This document shows, in pieces, positions 36,296 to 49,944 of a DNA stretch of 64,000 bases. The translations under genes were made by a program, and so were the position numbers. Below the pieces are notes generated by a model. It did not search any database. It had not been told where the DNA came from and saw only the letters and a list, made by a program, of their open reading frames with translations. Position 1 is the first letter of the stretch. Each line of letters opens with the position of its first letter. Source of the stretch: Hypanus sabinus (lineage: Eukaryota); the NCBI RefSeq assembly GCF_030144855.1, contig NC_082715.1, positions 34,782,001 through 34,846,000 on the forward strand, written 5' to 3'.

Positions 36296-36790
36296 CGCTG
36301 GCTGTCCAGAGGGAAGGTGCTGAAACGCTTTGTCGCGTGTCTGGAAGAAGTGAAAACTTTCCTGGGCAGCAAAGGGCTCACCTTTCCTGAGCTGGAACAG
36401 CCAGAGTGGCTGGAAAAGCTACACTTCATGGTAGACATGACAGCGCACCTGAACACGCTGAACACAGCTCTTCAACGGGGTAAGGACGTACAGCCCTGCA
36501 CATGTTGGAGGATGTTTTGGCATTCGAGCGCAACTTGACGTTGCTTGCCAGAGATTTACAGAAAAGCACATTGTCTCACTTCCCCAATTTGAGAGAGTTC
36601 AAACAAGGTCACGACATGATAAATTCGGAGTATTTACATTCTGCAATCATCGCAATGCAAACATCGTTTGGGAAACGCTTCTGTGAGTTCAGAGAGGAAA
36701 AAAACACATTATCCTTCCCGGTCACTCCCCTAAGCATCGATCCATCCCTACTGAATACGACTGCATTGTCAGGTGTGAGTCAACCTGACC
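36296..36790 (+). pseudogene. hAT transposase remnant (GTF2IRD2/Buster-like), frameshifted
   Basis: RWLSRGKVLKRF..HLNTLNTALQ; frameshift near 36480; HFPNLRE..FGKRFCEF. Confidence 0.85.
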
Positions 36791-39700
36791 AAGTATGATA
36801 AATATTTTAATTGCCTATTATTTTACGTATATGAATATGTTTTCATTGTTCAGTGAAATAGTCCTTTTATTTTTCAGGTTGACAGCTGGCTGACGTTATT
36901 TTTGCTGCTGGCGGCAAATTTAAGTTTGGCATTTTTCATAAATACAAGGAGGACTCAAATAGACGTTGAGTATTTTACTTAAAAGTAACCTTCAACCCAA
37001 CGTCTTTTTTTCTGAGTTCAAAATGTTTTTGTTGCATGCAGAAATGTAATTTTGTTTTCTCTGCAGGAGTTCATCAATTTCATAAATGCAACACATTATA
37101 GTTTGTTTATACATAGCATAAAGGCAAAACAAAACGTTGTATGCAGTGTTATTTCATTTTAAATGTCAAACGGGTTTTGCGGCTCCCAGTGTTTTCTTTT
37201 CTGTGGGAAACGGGTCCAAGTGGCTCTTTCAGTGGTAAAGGTTGCTGACCCCTGCCCTAAAGGAACCCATTCTGATTTTCACTACTTTATCATGTATTTC
37301 TGAGTACCCTGAAACATCATATATAATGGACTCAACTTTTAGGCCAGACTAACTGGCCTATAATTTCCTTTCTTTTGGCTCCTTCCTTTCATAACAAGGG
37401 GAGTGACATTTACAGTTCTCCAGTCCTCAGGAGCCATTCTGGAATCCAGTGATTCTTGAACGATCATCACTAATGCCTGCACAATTTCTCCTGCTATCTC
37501 TTTCAGAGAACCCTGAGGGTTCATCTGGTCCAGGTAACTTACCTACTTTCAAACCTTTCAGCTTCCCAAGAATTTTCTTTGTTACAGCAACTACAATCAC
37601 TTCTGCCCCCGACACACTCAAATTTCTGGCATACTGCGAGTGTCTTTCACAGTAAAGATTGATACAAAATACATATTGTTCATTCTCCATTTCTTTTCTC
37701 CCATTACCACCTCTCCAATGGCCCAATATCCACTCCCATCTCTTACTGTAGATCTGCAAAACAGTTTTTGTATCGTCTTTGATATTATTGGCCAGCTAAC
37801 CATATTTCATCTTTTCTCTCCTTATGACATTTTTATTTAGTTGCCTTCTGTTGGTTTTTAAAAAGCATCCAGATCCACTAACCTCCCACCAAATTTTGCT
37901 CTGTTATATGCCTTCTCATTTCCTTTCATGCTGCCTTTGACTTCCCTTGTCAACTACAGTTAACTCACCCTCTCTTTGGAATACCTCTTCATGTTTGGGA
38001 TGCATCTATCCTGCATTTTTCGAATCTCCCCAAGAAACTCCAGCCATTGCTGTTCTCCCATCATCCCCACTAGTGTCCCCTTCCAAATCAACTTTGACCA
38101 GCTACTCTCTCATGCCTCTATAATTCTCTTTACTACACTGTAATATTGATGCACCTGACTTTATTTTCTCTATCATAAACTGCAGAGTGGTTTTTATCAT
38201 ATTATGATCACTGCTACCTAAGAGTTCGTTAACCTTTATCAAATCTGGTTCGTTACACAAAACCCAAGCCAGAATTACCTTTCCCCTAGTGGGCTCAACC
38301 AAATGCTATCTCGTATGCATTCTACAAATCCCCCATGACTTTTGTAATATTGTTTTTTTTACATGCCTTTTCTACTTCCCTTATAATTTGGGTTCCACAT
38401 CCTAGCAACTGTTCAGAGGCCTGTATATAATTCCCATTTGGTTCCCTTGCAGTTTCTTAACTCAACCCAGAAGTATTCTATATCTTCCAATTCTATGTCA
38501 CTTCTTTCTACAAATTTGATTTCATGTTTTGTTTTTAACCAGCAGAGCCACCCTTCCTCCTTTGCCTACCTGCCTGTCTTTTCAATACAATGTTTATCCT
38601 TGGCTCCCAATTATGATCTTCTTTCAGCCACAACTCAGTAATGCCCACAACGTCATCCCTGCAATTCTACAATTGTGCTACAAGATCATCTACCTTATTC
38701 TGTATACTGCGTGCATTCATATATACCACCTACAGTCGAGTATTCATCACCTTTTTCGATTTTGCCCTCATGTTACAATTCAACTCATCCCGCTGACTGC
38801 AATTGTGCCTGCCCTTCCTCACAGTCTCAATGCACATTACATTATCTTGTATAGTTTCTGCCCCATCCTCAGCTTTATCACTCTGGTTCTCATCCCCATG
38901 CCAAGTTAGTTTAAACCCTGCAAACAGTGCGAGGAAATTGCCCACGAGGATATTGGTCTCCCTTGGGTTCAGGTGCAACTCGTTCCTTTTGTATTTGTCA
39001 TAACTCACCCAGAAGAGGTCTCAATGATCTAGAAATCTGAAACCCTGCTCCCTGCACCAATTCCTCAGCCACGCACTCACATGCCAAATCACCCCATTCT
39101 TACCCTCACTGGCAGCAATCCAGTGATTACTACCCTAGTGGACTGCTTTTCAGCTTTCTACCTAAATCCCTATACTCTCTCTTCGGGACCATCCCCTTTT
39201 CCTACCTATGTCTTTTGAACCAATATGTACCACAACTTCTGGCTGCTCTCCATTCCTCTTTAGAATGTCCCTAGAGACTCAGTTGCTGCAGTTTCCTTCT
39301 GATAGGTTGTCTCCCCCTAAAAGTATCAAATCAGATCAAGTTTAATTATCATTCAAACTATACATATAGTTGAACGAGACAGTGTTCCTCTGGAGCCAAG
39401 GTGCAAAACATTCAAAATAGCAAGCAAACATTAAAAAAAACAAGTAACATAATTAAAAATATTGAGCAAAGAAGTATGTTCACTTGAAAAATAACATATA
39501 TGGTCCAAGACCTAAGCGACAATGCCCAGCAGTCAATGGTGCAGTCTCCCAGTAGTGCAAAGACGCATGGAGTTCAGCCTGTTATTCCACTTCTGGAACA
39601 TAAGAGGATACTTCCAATGAGAGAGGCCAGGCCCCAGCCAAACTCACAACACTAGTGCTTTTGTGTCATTCACCTGGTCTGTAACTGCAAGCAAGCCCAA

Positions 39701-40009
39701 GGCTTGAAGCGTGGTCTTCACTACATCTGAGGCTACTAGCTCCCACGTCACTCCAACAGATGAAGGTATAACGTGCCTTAGGCAACTTACATCCAGAGTC
39801 TTGGCATTGCAAGTGCAATATCTGAGACAATCTCCCAGTATCCAAAGCAATATACCTATTGAGCAGACACAAAAGTACTCTGCATTTGCTGCCTATTCCG
39901 TTCCCCAATCCTGAATTATCATACTTGCCTCCTGCAAATTATTGGCGACTATCTACCTGTATCACCTCATTCTCCTGTAGGGCCCAAAGGTCAATGACCT
40001 GCAGCTCTC

Positions 40010-40680
40010 GTTAACACAAGAGGTTCTGCATTTGTCAGAAATCTTGCCAACACGTGTAAAATGATGGAGGAACTCAGCAAGTCAGGGAGCATCTGTGGGC
40101 CAAGAAGAGAAGGTATGACAGAATAACCAGGGTGGAGAATAGAAAAGAGGGAAGGGGGAGAGATTTCCAGAAGTTGGAGATATCGAAATTAACAGGCTGG
40201 AGGAGCAATATCTTGTATTCTGTCTGGGTAACTCCAATTTGTTGGAATGAACATCGATTTTTTCAACTTATGGTCATCTCTCCTCTCCCTCCCCTCTCTT
40301 TCTAATTTCCATTCTGATTCTCCTCTCACCCCTTTTCCTCTTCTCTGGTGTCCATTACCTCCACACGGTTCCCCTCCTCGTTACCTTTCTTCCATGGTCC
40401 ACTGTCTCCTATCAGGTTCCTTTTTCTTCAGGCCTTTATCTTTCTACCTATCTTCTCCCAGTATCTTACAACATTTCATTCCCCATCTTCCACCCAGCTA
40501 CCTTTCCCCTCACCTACTCCCATCTATTACCTGCCAGCTTGTATTCCTTCCCCTCACCACCCCCCCAAACTTTGATCTTTTAGTTCTGATGAAGGATCTC
40601 AGTCTAAAACGCCAACTGTCTATTCCTCTCCGCAGAAGCTGCCTGACTTGCTGAGTCCTTCAGCATTTTGTGTGTGTTGC
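40010..40680 (+). mobile_element. Penelope-like element 3' end (GIY-YIG C-terminus, pyrimidine-rich pLTR, decayed hammerhead) preceded by an inverted terminus
   Basis: LEEQYLVFCLG..GMNIDFFN remnant at ~40198-40270; ctgatgaaggatctcagtctaaaacg at ~40585. Confidence 0.7.
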
Positions 40681-41099
40681 AAAAATTAATTTATTGAGAA
40701 CATAACTGATGTAGCACTGCCTATCAATCCTTCTCCCAATTCAATGAATGTAGGCAGCACTAACTAACTCTAATTTGTTTCTGATTAGTGACCAAATTTC
40801 TACTCAGGGTGCTATATTTAATCTTCATCATTCTAAACTACCTACAACATTTCAAACAATTTATCAACCCTTATTATATCCTCTTCACATGATTATTTAT
40901 CATCTCTCTAAAATGGTGACTAATTTGACAAATGCTAATGCCAAACATGTATTCTAATCTTTCTTTTGAGAGCTTTTGCTGTAACTGCTCTGTTTAGTTT
41001 TTCTATTCATCTGCCATTTTCTGGAAATGGAGCACAATTACTCTGTAAGCTTACACTTAATTGTATTGATCTGGGAAGACCTCGAATTTTCTGCTGTGG

Positions 41100-41237
41100 A
41101 TCTCAGCAGTCCCACCGAAGGGTTTCGGCTCGAAATGTCAACTGTACTTTTTTCCATGGATGCTACCTGGCCTGATGAGTTGCTCCAGCATTTTGTGTGT
41201 GTTGCTCGGATTTCCAGCATCTGCAGATTTTCTCTTG
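41100..41237 (+). mobile_element. Penelope-derived terminus with decayed hammerhead
   Basis: cagtc-ccaccga-agggtttcggctc-gaaatgtc-aactg followed by the conserved terminal block. Confidence 0.75.
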
Positions 41238-41469
41238 TTAGTCATTTAATCTGCTCTGGCAGTCCCTCAGGGTGTGAATGAAGGGCACTGAGCCAAGAAA
41301 ATCACAGGCTGCAAAGGAATTTGACCTAATATCCATGCTCATATTCAGTGGCAAAGTAGACCAGTGTTAAATATCAAGGCTGCTGCCAAGAAATTAGCCA
41401 TTCACCTGCAATATTGCATGTATTCAGCTCCAAGTAAAATGGACTTTAATGAAATGAAACCTCTTTCGT

Positions 41470-42135
41470 TAAAGAATGACCACAAAGCCATAAAACATAG
41501 GAGCAGAATTAGGCCATTCAGCTCATCAAGTCTGCTCCACCATACTGTCATGGCTGAATCCTAGGATAATAAATCAACCATGAGAGATTGGCAGATTGGA
41601 ACTGATGAGCCAAATAGCCTGATTATGAAACTTAGTCGGCCAGGCAGCATCTATGGAAACAAGTATAGTCAATGTTTCAATACACTCTTAGTTCCTCCAG
41701 CATTTTGTCTGTGTTTTATAGTCTTTATTATCCCTCTCAACCCCATATTCCTGCCTTCTCCCCAGAACATTTGACAGCCATGCTGATCAAAAACCTGTCA
41801 TCCTCCATTTTAAATATATCCAACGGCTTGCATTCCATGGCCATCTGTGGCGATGAATTCCACAGATTCACCATCCTCTGACAAAAGAATTTCTCCTTCC
41901 TCTCTTTTCTATAGGGGCTCCCTTGTATTCTGAGGCTGTGGCCTCTGCTCCTAAATTTCCGCCCACTCTCAGAAGTGTCCTCACCACACCCATTCAATAG
42001 GTTTCTGCGAGATCCCCTCATTCTCCTAAAGCCCAGCGAGTACAGGCCCAGAGCCACCAAATGATCCACATACATTAACCTTTTCGTTGCGGGATCAGTC
42101 TCATGAACCTCCTCTGGACCCTCTCCAATGGGGTA
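41470..42135 (-). mobile_element. CR1 3' fragment
   Basis: RGHSLRI..FFCQRMVNLWNS. Confidence 0.8.
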
Positions 42136-42627
42136 TTCCCGTGTGTAAGACCAAATAGTGACACATTGGAGCTCTTTGGGGAATATAGTTATTTTATAAC
42201 ATTTCAGGATTTCATTTTGCTCTCTCACTCACAGGACAGATGATACTTCTGCTTCTATAAACGAAGCACAGCTAAGTTGCATTATTTGCAAATATATTAG
42301 TGCCAAAAAATGGATGTTGTTTGTGCTCCCAGCTTCTTGACTCAGGCAAAAAGAATCAACAACTTCCCTGAGCACAGGCTGGGATCTTCTTACTGCAGCT
42401 TACTCAACTCACCCGACATCTCTTGTGAATCAGAACTTGATGATATGGGTCATGGAATTCTGCTTTACTGAGTTGCTCTCGAAGCAATAGTCAATTTGTG
42501 GGACTCTGGAGCAGGAACATTGCCCTCCCTAAATACATGCAGAGATCCTGACAATATTTATTCTACTCAAGTGCTCAAGGACAAAAAAAATGTCATCTGT
42601 TAGGGAAAGGAGAGGATGAAGGAGAGC

Positions 42628-42945
42628 AAACATAGAAAATCTACAGCACAATACAGGCCCCTCAGCCCACAAAGCTGTGCCGAACATGTCCTTACCTGAG
42701 AAATTACCTCGGGTTACCCATAGCCCTCTATTTTTCTAGGCTCCGTGTACCTATCCAGGAGTCTCTTAAGAAACCCTATTATTTCTGCCTCCATCATCGT
42801 GTCAGGCAGCCCATTCCACTCTCACCACTCACCACTTGTACCTCTTCCAAGCTGCTTAAACCTGTGCCCTCTCGTGCCAGCCATTTCAGCCCTGGGGAAA
42901 AGCCCCTGACTATCCACAAATATTCAATGCCTCTCTTCATATATA
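42628..42945 (-). mobile_element. Young CR1 3' end
   Basis: Same 3' UTR as at 9229 and 23686. Confidence 0.85.
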
Positions 42946-43009
42946 AGAGAAAATAATAAATCGAGTAAACCATTCGGTCCCACCCACCTGCCTAATCAAT
43001 TAATGATTG

Positions 43010-44580
43010 GATGCAGAGAATGTGAGTGAGGTACTTAATGAGTACTTGCCTCAGGATTTACCAAGGGAAAGGACATGGATCAGTGCTGAGTGATAGGGCA
43101 TTTTGAGGTCAAGGAGGAGGATACTTGTTAGGCTTCCTAATAAGTATTAAGATGGATAATTCCCCAGGGCCAGATGGGATTTATTCTAGTTTATGGAGAG
43201 AGGTAAGAGGTGAGATTGCTGGGGCCTTGACCAGTATCTTCATATCCCCTCTTAAGCACAGGTGAGGCCCCGGAGAACTGGCAAGTGGCTAATGTTGAAC
43301 CTCTATTTAAGAAGAAAACCAGGGAAAATCCTGGGAACGTTGGGCCAATGAGTCTCACATCAGTTGAAGGGAAATTGCTGGAGAAAATTCACAGGGATAG
43401 GATATTGGAGCATTTGGAAATCTATGGTCTAATTAGGAAGGACCAGCATGGCTTAATGCAGGCCAGGTCGTGTCTGATCAATGTGATTGAGTTTTTTGAA
43501 AAGGTGATGACAGAGATTGATAAAGGTAAGGATGTTGTCTATATGGGTTTTAGTGAGGCATTTGACAAGGTCCCTCATGGGAGGCCAATCTAGAAGATTA
43601 AGATGCATTGAGTCGACGGTGAATTGACTGCTTGGATTCTGAACTGGCTTGTAATGAGGGTAATGGCCAAAGGGACTTAGTCAAGCTGGAGATCTGCAAT
43701 CAGTGGAGTGCTGCAGGGATCTCTCCTGGGACCTCTGCTGTTTTGACGTATATCAATGACCTGAATGAAAATGTAGATGGGTGGGTTAGTAAGTTTGCAA
43801 ATGATACCACAGTTGTGGGAGTTGTGGATAGTGTAGAAGACTGACAATGAATAGAGCGTAATAAAGATCATTGCAGGTATGGGCAGATGGAAATAAATGT
43901 GAGGTGCTGCACCTTGGTAGGGCAAATGTTGCTGAGCAGAGAGATTTTGGTGTCCAATTTCATAGCTCCTTGAAAGTGGGTACACAAGTCAATAGGGTGG
44001 TTAAAAAGTCTTATAGAATGCTTATTTTTATTTGTCAAGGCACTGAAGTCAAAAGTCAAGAGGTTATGTTGCAACTTTATAAAAATCTGGTGAGGCCACA
44101 TCTGGAGTATTGCATACAGTTCTGGTCACCACACCACAGGAAGGATGTCGAGGCTTTGGAGAGGCTGCAGAAGAGGTTCACCAGTATACTCTCTGGTTTG
44201 AAGGGCATGTGCTATCATGAGAGGCTGGACAAACTTGGGCTGTTTTCTATGGAATGGTGGAGGCTGAGGGGAGATCTGATAGATTATGAGAGGCATAGAT
44301 ACAGGGAGTATCTTTTCCCTGGGATAGAAATGTCTAATACCAGAGAGCATGCATTGAAGATTAGACGGAGTGGAGACCTGGGATGTGCTGCCTGCTACGG
44401 TGATACAGGCTAATACATTAGAGGCGTTTAAGGGACATTTAGATAGGCACATGAATGTGAGGAGGATGGAGGGATATGGACATTGTGCAGTTGGAAGATA
44501 GTAGTTTTAGATTTTTTAGTTGGTTCAGCACAACATTGAGGGCCGAAGGGCCTGTTCTTGTGCAGTACTGTTCTATATTC
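43010..44580 (+). mobile_element. CR1 LINE RT and 3' UTR
   Basis: AFDKVPHGR, VSKFAND, LVRPHLEYCIQFWSP. Confidence 0.9.
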
Positions 44581-47119
44581 TATCAAACTGGGCCTCTTGT
44601 ACCTCAGTGCCACTTTCCTGCGCTAATTCTTCACCCTCTGACTCCTCGAATATCTAGGATTATAACCATCAGCTGCAGCCTCCAGCTCACTCACATAGAG
44701 AATTTTAAGGACATGTCAAAGAAATTTCATCTCAGTTCTGCCATGAATGGTCAGTTTACTCATTCTGAAACATGATTTCTAGACACCCCAACCAAGGTAA
44801 GCGTCAACTCTATCTACGTCTATCCTTTCTAATGTTGTACATTTCTGATAGATGAGATCACTTCCCTTTCTAAGCTTTTGAAAGATCCAATGTCCTGTCA
44901 TTCGACAAACCTAACATTGGAGGCATCAATCTGGCAAACCTCGTTTTGGGGTATGCAGACCAGACCAGTACACAGTCTTCCACTTGCAACCTCTGCACAG
45001 CCAAATATCCTTTATTATCAAATTATCTGCATAAAGGCCAACAAACCATTTGCCTGCCTGATTGCTTGCAGAACCTGCATGATAATTTTCAATACTTTCT
45101 ATGTAAAGACACCTGGTTACATCTGAATACCTTTCAATATCTCACCATTTTTCCTTTCCTCTGTCTTCCTTTTTTACCAAAAATTCATGATCTTATTTTT
45201 TTACATATTTAACTACATCTTGGAGCATCAGTAGAACCAAAGACAAAAGGCATAAGGTCGCAGATTAAACTTTACACAGGCCGATGATAGTACATTCTCA
45301 AATAGTTCATGCCTTTTATAATTTGCTTTATGCAGGTTTATGATGATAGAATCAGATTGAATGAAAAAAATTCCAATATTTATATACATGTTATGATCAA
45401 TATTCCCTTAAAGGCTTCATAACTACCAGATTATTGATTAAATATTTCTCTTTACTCAATGCGAGAGCTAAAATAGCCCATTCTCTGCTTGGTGCCTTGT
45501 TAGATTTATCCAGAGAGCCAGCATTTAGAAATTAATCATTGAGATTATTAATGCTTATTTGTCCATCAAACAGATAGGGTTACCCTAATGATGGCTCTTA
45601 TCCTTTATTTAATATATTTGTATATTAGTTTTGTCACCATAGTGCCATACTCCTGTAAAATCTCATTAACCAATCAGATCCAGAACTTCCAAATACAACA
45701 GACAGTGGTAACCAATCTACTTAAAACCATAAACAATAATATGAAATGCCAATTAGCACAATCTAAGTTACTTAGATTTTTTAGATGGTCAACAGTAATT
45801 AACACGTTAGTTGACATTTACAAAAAGTAAAGTTGCAATCTGAATAAACTTGTTTTTTCTCCAGCAAGAATTTATTGGCATAGAAATTAATGGTGAAAAT
45901 ATCAACTCAGAGTATATATCTATGTTGAATCTTATCTAATATATTGTGAAGTAAAGTGCATTCATTAGTGATGTTATAGTGATGTCATAAGCAGAGAGCC
46001 CAAGTTAAAAGAGAGCAAATTCCAGTATATAGAAATGCTGGCACCTTGAGGACTGTTAAGTATATTATTCTAACACAGTTAAATACTTTCAACAAATCAG
46101 TTGTGTAACACTGAGTTTTTCCTGCAAATGCGATAATCAGCAGTTTAGATACGTAACACACAACTTCACAGCAATCGTACTCTGTATTTGCTTAGTTATA
46201 GTTATAATATCACTGTGAACAAAATAACAAATCAGAAACAGTGGGGTCATTTATTCAGTGTGCATTTGATTGGCCCGCTGAATGGAATGTGCAGAGCGTT
46301 TGCAAGGAGGTCCTTCTCATCTCTGAGTTGGTTCAAACCTGAAGGAACTCTTCAGAGATAAGCAGCATAACATTGCTCCTGGAAAATAGATTCATAACCA
46401 ATGAAATTGTGAGTGAATCTTCCACATGATTCAAAAGTAGAGTGTTCTGTTGTGATTGGGCTCACTGGCAGAAAACAAGGTCAAGGAAACTCTCTAAATA
46501 GGCTAACTTAGGAGCAAATTCCACTTCTGCCCATATGAGTCTGGAATTAGGTTATTGGTAAATCAATTGAATTTTTACAGCTATCCAGCATTGTCCTGGA
46601 TTTGTTTACGGATATTGGCTCTTTATTTCAGATTCAGATTTACAAACTACCATGATGCAAATTGAATGTCTTTGTGGCTGCCTCAAGATTATTAGCCCAA
46701 CAATATAACCATCCCACTCCCTTTATATCCAAAATATAAGCTATTGATCATAAGTCATGGTAGTTGGCTGGCAAGTCACCTGGAACTTTCAGCAGCATAC
46801 CCATACCTCCTTCAGCTTGCGTCAGTGACCTGCTGGTGTAAAGGTAGCTCGAAGTATCGATGAAGGTGGCATCCAATATGCCAAAGGCAATTTCTACCAG
46901 CAACCTGGTAAAACCTTGGGAGCGCTTTGGGGGCATTGAGGGTGATAGGTTCTTGAATCTATTTTGAAACGATTAATTTTTTTTTTTGGAAAATTATGTT
47001 CTAGTCAAATGGTTTCCACAGAATAAAATTTGTGCTGCAGATGTTAGTGTGATCCTACCATAGGACTTGCTGTCATAAATGGGTAAGTTACAATGCTGGA
47101 AGAGGAAGACATCACATTC

Positions 47120-47238
47120 ATACATGGAGCTTAGAAAAATAGAGGGCTATGGGTAAGCCTAGTAATTTCTAAGGTAGGGACATGTTCAGCACAACTTTGT
47201 GGGCTGAAGGGCCTGTATTGTGCTGTAGGTTTTTTCTA
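47120..47238 (+). mobile_element. Young CR1 extreme 3' end
   Basis: Reverse complement of 9229-9350. Confidence 0.8.
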
Positions 47239-48719
47239 TTACTGTAATCAAGTTTTAGGATCTGTTGGGCCAATGTTAACCATACCATTTTAGTGATAGG
47301 TCCACGGGCCTCCAGAGGAGGGTGTTAAATCCAGATTGCAGTATATTTACTGCCTTCGCAATTGACATTCTTAAATCGCCACTTGGTGGCAGTAGGATTA
47401 ACTGGGTTTTCCATGTGAGGTCAGGTTGTTTGACTGATCATTTTCACCAAGTGGCAGTCTCCTCCATTTAAACATTCAAAAAGAAACCCATTGGCTTTGT
47501 TCTTCACCAAAAGTTCTCTAGTCAGAGAGTCATAGAGCACAAAACCGTGCCCTCCACGTCAACTTTTTCATGCCAACCAAGCTTCCTGAGCTAATCACAT
47601 CTGTCTACATTTGGCCCATAACCCTCTAAACCTTTCCCATCCACGAACCTGTCCAACTTCCTTTTTAACGCCGTAACTATAACCAACTCTATCACTTGCA
47701 CTGGCTCTCTTCAACCTTACCAGTACTTATTTCAGTTTGAAGCTGGTTATACAAAACCTCAACATTCCATCCAGCCATCAAGTTCATATTCTCATACTGT
47801 TACAAAAACTTACAGTGGTGTTCAGCTGTTCATGTCCTCGGCTGTCAAAGCAGATTGTGTTCATCGTCCAGCCTTTGGTCCTTGGTCCTTGGTCCTGTGC
47901 TCATCCATGAACTTTGAAAATGTGGGCAGGATTTCAGCAGTAGTTTTCCATTGCCCTGCCACTCACATAGCTTCCCCCCCATCCCCACTTCTAATTTTGC
48001 AACACCACCCGACTCTGTCTATGGCTCAGCCCCTCTGTTTCTCTGAGCACCCCCAGATTCTAGAAGTCTCCTGATCCTCCTTTATAAGCCACACTTGCCA
48101 ATGTGATCACCCACTTCCATCAGCTTGTCTGCACTGAACTGACCAGGTCTACAAGATAAGTTATCCAACATGTGAAGCTTTCAGTTATAATGTTTTGTTC
48201 AGTTCTCTGACCCTTAATCTTTATACTCATTCTTCAGATGAGAAGGATAGTCTTGCAGCTCTTACCTGGACTACCTCCAATGTGTGAGAATATCTCTTGC
48301 TTTTGATGGTTAATAATAGACATCATACTTAAGATATGCATCAAATGAATTCTCCTTCCTTGAACAGTGACTACCTCAAAGATAAAATATGGGCGGCAGC
48401 AAATGGCTTAAGATGGAGTTTATTTAATAAAATGATTATAATACTTCCCAGGAGAGCATTGTAATAGTCAAATTTTGAGTGACAGGACTCAGGATGATAG
48501 TTATAATGGCTAATGAGCTGACATAAAGTTGAGTTGTAACATATATGAATGTAAATGGTTTGCTGTGATGGAAAATGCATCAGACTGGAAGTTCACCTCA
48601 TGTTTTAAAAATAAGATGATAAGAATGCAAATACGCCAAGCAGAGTAATGGAACTGTTGCAAGAGCTTAATGAAGGATTTCATCAAGGAAATTGTTACAG
48701 CCCATTTGAGACTCAATAT

Positions 48720-49050
48720 CCAAAATCACATACAAAATGCTGGAGGAACTCAGCAAGTGAGGCAGCATCTATGGAAATGAATAAATAGTTGGCATTTTGG
48801 GCCGAGTCCCTTCATCAGGGCAAAAAGAAGAAGCCAAATTAAGAAGGAGTATAAGCTGGAAGCCAGGTGGGTCGGGGGAGGAAGGGGATGAAGTACGATG
48901 CTGGCAGGTGATAGGTGGAAAAGGCGAAGGGCTGGAGAAGTAGGAATCTGATAGAAAGGGAGAGTGAACCATGGGAGAAAGGGAAGTGGAAGGACTCCAG
49001 GGGTAGATGACAGGCAGGTGAGGCGAAGAGAAGAGGTATGAGTGGGGAAT
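48720..49050 (-). mobile_element. Penelope-derived terminus with decayed hammerhead
   Basis: Minus strand cctgatgaagggactcggcccaaaatgcc. Confidence 0.75.
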
Positions 49051-49116
49051 TTGCCATTGGGATTCAAGAGGAGTGTCAGAGAAAATGAGCCAGATATTTT
49101 CAGCATACATGAGGAA

Positions 49117-49198
49117 CAGGGCTTCCCGGCTTTTTTTTCATGCTATGGACAAATGCCATTAAGCAAGGGGCCTGTGGTTCCTAGCTTGGAAACCCCTG
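49117..49198. mobile_element. Approximately 82-bp hAT-type MITE
   Basis: caggg..cccctg termini; imperfect 8-bp TSD atgaggaa/atgaagca; related inverted copy at 61588-61668. Confidence 0.6.
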
Positions 49199-49944
49199 AT
49201 GAAGCAGATGACCCCCATGGCTGCAGATGATGCCTGGTTTTGCATTACATCCTTGTTATTAAACAGCAAAATTGGTAACAACCTTTGTAGTACATTTTAC
49301 ATGGTTAATCATGGTAATCCAGACAGTACTAATACTGATTTGCTGCTTCTCAATAGGAAATCCTATTTTGCAATCTATACCACTTTGATTTTCCAAATTC
49401 CAGAATCTGATGAAAATCTAAGGTATTTATTGCTACTGTAAAAGTATTAAACTTTGTTGCATGGGATTTTAATAGTACACTGGTTATAATCACTGCTTAA
49501 TAGTTTTCTGGTGCTCAAATGTTAGTTTTATATTTGTGGATTTTTATTCCGTCACACTAAATATTACAGCATTCAACAGGTTCTTCTGAATTTGTGGTTT
49601 ATTTAAAAAGTTAATTATATTGCAATATCACTTTAACATTGTAATTACGAATCAATTGTCATTTCCTTTTATTTTTCTATGTACAAAGTGTTTCTTTAAA
49701 ATTGTGCCTTTTACTCCCAGGTTTACAGCTTGTGAGAATATTTCCATGTGATGTCGTCTATGCAGTTTGACACAAAGAATACAATGGGCGGCGGAGCCCA
49801 TTGACGGGAAGAGCGAAATCCAGACCAAGCTGATTCCATATTTATGGGTGGCTGTTTTCGTGGTTCAGCCCAGGCAATTAACTGCAAGGTCTCAGCCAGT
49901 GTCACCAATGGGGAATGTGAAATAGGAAGCAAAGAGAGAGAGAG

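Larger units (their letters stand above)
35659..37254 (+). mobile_element. Internally deleted hAT (Charlie/Buster-type) DNA transposon
   Basis: 8-bp TSD ccctaaag (35651-58, 37255-62); 15-bp TIR cgggggtcggcaacc / ggttgctgacccctg. Confidence 0.92.
34495..39300 (-). mobile_element. Long decayed CR1 LINE, interrupted by a hAT element
   Basis: RT C-terminus (34857-35168), GNYRPVSL (37339-37524), EN PTRGKVIL..LGSSDHN (38102-38302), ORF1 LHLN remnant. Confidence 0.85.
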
